Shown piece by piece: positions 29,857 to 31,718 of a DNA stretch of 31,718 nucleotides. The notes beneath the pieces are model-generated. The model worked only from the letters and a program-made list of their open reading frames with translations, ran no database searches and had not been told where the DNA came from. The stretch comes from a bacterium (lineage in GTDB: Bacteria > SZUA-182 > DTGQ01 > JAFGSM01): the NCBI GenBank assembly GCA_049472335.1, contig JBLIRO010000060.1:1-31718 (forward strand), written 5' to 3'. Numbering within the stretch: position 1 is the first letter of the stretch; the number at the start of each line of letters is the position of its first letter. The position numbers and the translations under genes are program-made.

Positions 29857-31077
29857 TCACCAGAATTTTGGCCATAAGAAACCCGTCCTTTTCTTAAAAT
29901 CAGCATAAGCAGGGACCATGCGAAGGAATTTATGCTCTTCCAGTTTCGCTCTTATTATTTCAAGGACGAGCGTGATACAAAAAACGCTCAACGCAATGGG
30001 ATGGGCCGCAAGGATGGATGTCCCGAACGCGTGGATGATCTCTGACATATAAAGCGGATGTCGTATACGCTTATACATTCCCGTTGTAATAAGCTGTCTT
30101 ACCTCCACCATCAGGCTGAAACATCTTTTTAAGCTCCAGAGGGCAATTATACTGAGAGCCGCGCCTGTCATTGAAATGATCACTCCGGCAAGTTCTATGA
30201 ACATCGGGAACAGAAGGGGAAGGTCAAAACGCATCATAAGCCTGCCGAGCTGGAATGGCGGAAAGAAGAGGCGAAAGTTGGGGATCAGGAGAAGGGTAAA
30301 TCCGGTCATTGGAAAAAGTACCGTTATAAGCGGATAATACCGTTCCCAAAATCCTTCCGCCTTACCAACAGGTTTGCTTCTTATAAGGTAGCTCGTGATA
30401 ATCAGCGCGTCGAAGAGTATGGCCACCAGATTATAAATAAGATGTGAGCTAAGATTTATTATGTTCTGAGATACCCCCCCCCCTTTATCGGTTTCATATA
30501 ACAGCCTCAGAAGATTTGCTAAATTACCTTTTATAATGGAAAAATAAAACAAGAAGATAATTTTTGACCCTATGATTACTACAAAAAAGTGTAAGGGCAC
30601 TAAATAATCCCGAAACCATTCCCTTAGCTTTGGGGGCACAACGAAAAAGACATAAAGAAAAACAAATGCATAGTCAAGTGAAGAAGGAATAAGAATGGGA
30701 ATTGAATAACCTGTGATTAATAGGAGTTTTCTTAAGAAGTAAATTTTTAAGCCTATAATTACTGCAAAGAAAAGTATAGGAACTATATACAACATAATCC
30801 ATTTTCTTTGCTTAGTGTATAAGCTGGATAGGAAAAAGATAAAAAGAAAAACAAAAAAGAAGTCAAGTAACGCGAAAATAAAAATAGGTAATGCTAAATA
30901 TCTTTTTATCAATAAAAAATGTATTAAAAAGTAAATTTTTGAGGCTATGATAACGCAAAAGAAAATAAATGCTTCCAGATCATTCCTCGTTCTGGAATAA
31001 AAGGACAATTGCTCCTGATTAGAAAGGGGAGTCTGAGTTTCTTTTGATAATAATTTATTTCTTTTCTTTTTCCCCAT
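29857..31077 (-). CDS. ICMT/PEMT family membrane methyltransferase with extended repeated N-terminal TM region
   Basis: LKRCFSLMVEVRQLITTGMYKRIRHPLYMSE, RAKLEEHKF, KKRTGFLWP; paralogous to the adjacent gene. Confidence 0.9.
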   Translation of the reverse strand: MGKKKRNKLLSKETQTPLSNQEQLSFYSRTRNDLEAFIFFCVIIASKIYFLIHFLLIKRYLALPIFIFALLDFFFVFLFIFFLSSLYTKQRKWIMLYIVPILFFAVIIGLKIYFLRKLLLITGYSIPILIPSSLDYAFVFLYVFFVVPPKLREWFRDYLVPLHFFVVIIGSKIIFLFYFSIIKGNLANLLRLLYETDKGGGVSQNIINLSSHLIYNLVAILFDALIITSYLIRSKPVGKAEGFWERYYPLITVLFPMTGFTLLLIPNFRLFFPPFQLGRLMMRFDLPLLFPMFIELAGVIISMTGAALSIIALWSLKRCFSLMVEVRQLITTGMYKRIRHPLYMSEIIHAFGTSILAAHPIALSVFCITLVLEIIRAKLEEHKFLRMVPAYADFKKRTGFLWPKFW

Positions 31078-31414
31078 ATTACATCCTTTCCTGATTAAGC
31101 TTTAAAAGCATATTCTGCTACGGTTTCAAAGTTAATTACCTTACTTTATAAGATCCCGCAGGCGTCTAGTAAATTTATAACAACGAGGCCAAATTTTGAC
31201 AGTTGACAATTGATTTTGTTAACTATCGATGAAAATTTATATTTTTTTGATAAATTTTAAATCCTGATCTCAACAAGACCTAATTCTTAAGAAGTATAAG
31301 ACATAAGAATAATCTTTGCAAATGAAGTGAGGATGCTTAAAATTGATAAACTTGTAAAAAAATTATTGAAAAAAATGAAAGATAAAGATACAATATAGTA
31401 TCTTTATTTTTTAG

Positions 31415-31423
31415 TTATCCACA
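31415..31423 (+). promoter_or_regulatory. Single perfect DnaA box
   Basis: TTATCCACA in an AT-rich divergent intergenic region; only one perfect copy seen. Confidence 0.3.
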
Positions 31424-31500
31424 TTTTTTATTGTACAAAATTACATTTTTACATTATTATAATAATAATTATAATTAAGTAAGATAAAATAAAAAATAAT

Positions 31501-31718
31501 ATGAAAATAGCCCGTGGCTCAAAATCATGGATTTTATCTACGTTTTTTAATAGCTTAATATTTTTAGTATTGTCATTGATTTTTATAAAAGTAGAATTAG
31601 GATCGGTTTTATTTTTAATATGCATTTGTTTTTTCTTGTTAACAGTTTTTTTCCTTGTTTTTTTCAGAGATCCTGAGAGAAAAATCGGTAACAACATTGT
31701 TGCAGTGGCAGATGGAAA
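31501..31718 (+). CDS. psd: Phosphatidylserine decarboxylase family protein, 5' part (runs off the window; absent from the ORF track)
   Basis: ATG 31501: MKIARGSKSWILSTFF...LLTVFFLVFFRDPERKIGNNIVAVADG; FFRDPER...(S/A)xADG after two TM helices is the signature of the short Psd type. Confidence 0.88.
   Translation, partial: MKIARGSKSWILSTFFNSLIFLVLSLIFIKVELGSVLFLICICFFLLTVFFLVFFRDPERKIGNNIVAVADG

Noticed and set aside
31300..31500. Replication origin
   Set aside because: Only one perfect DnaA box and no dnaA/dnaN/gidA context.
31449..31697. 82-aa minus-strand ORF
   Set aside because: Antisense shadow of psd, which has the recognisable FFRDPER motif on the plus strand.

Overview
Bacterial chromosomal window from a probably diderm organism; the gene order resembles Desulfobacterota/Nitrospirota/Nitrospinota-like lineages (inference only). 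1-2.2 kb is the decayed, AT-rich edge of an integrated element: an rve-type IS transposase pseudogene inserted into a frameshifted tyrosine integrase next to the 3' end of tRNA-Thr(CGT), with tRNA-Phe(GAA) upstream. 2.5-21.6 kb is housekeeping: an RDD protein, then rng-rplU-rpmA-obgE-proB-proA-nadD-rsfS-rlmH-apgM-comF-gap-pgk-tpiA-secG, a peptide ABC binding protein with two permeases, a lipoate ligase family gene and cdd. 21.7-31.7 kb is envelope and accessory genes around hisS. Main oddities: (i) an 858-aa surface protein with ten scattered Asp-Pro-Asn tripeptides, fused to FN3, a short GGCFI motif and a C-terminal beta-barrel; (ii) two inverted 131-bp hairpin/heptamer elements bracketing hisS, one supplying its stop codon; (iii) three ~65-70 bp tandem units between rplU and rpmA; (iv) two membrane ICMT/PEMT-family methyltransferases divergent from phosphatidylserine decarboxylase; (v) a small secreted GGLYGLYG-repeat protein. 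All family calls come from motif recognition by eye; no searches were run.
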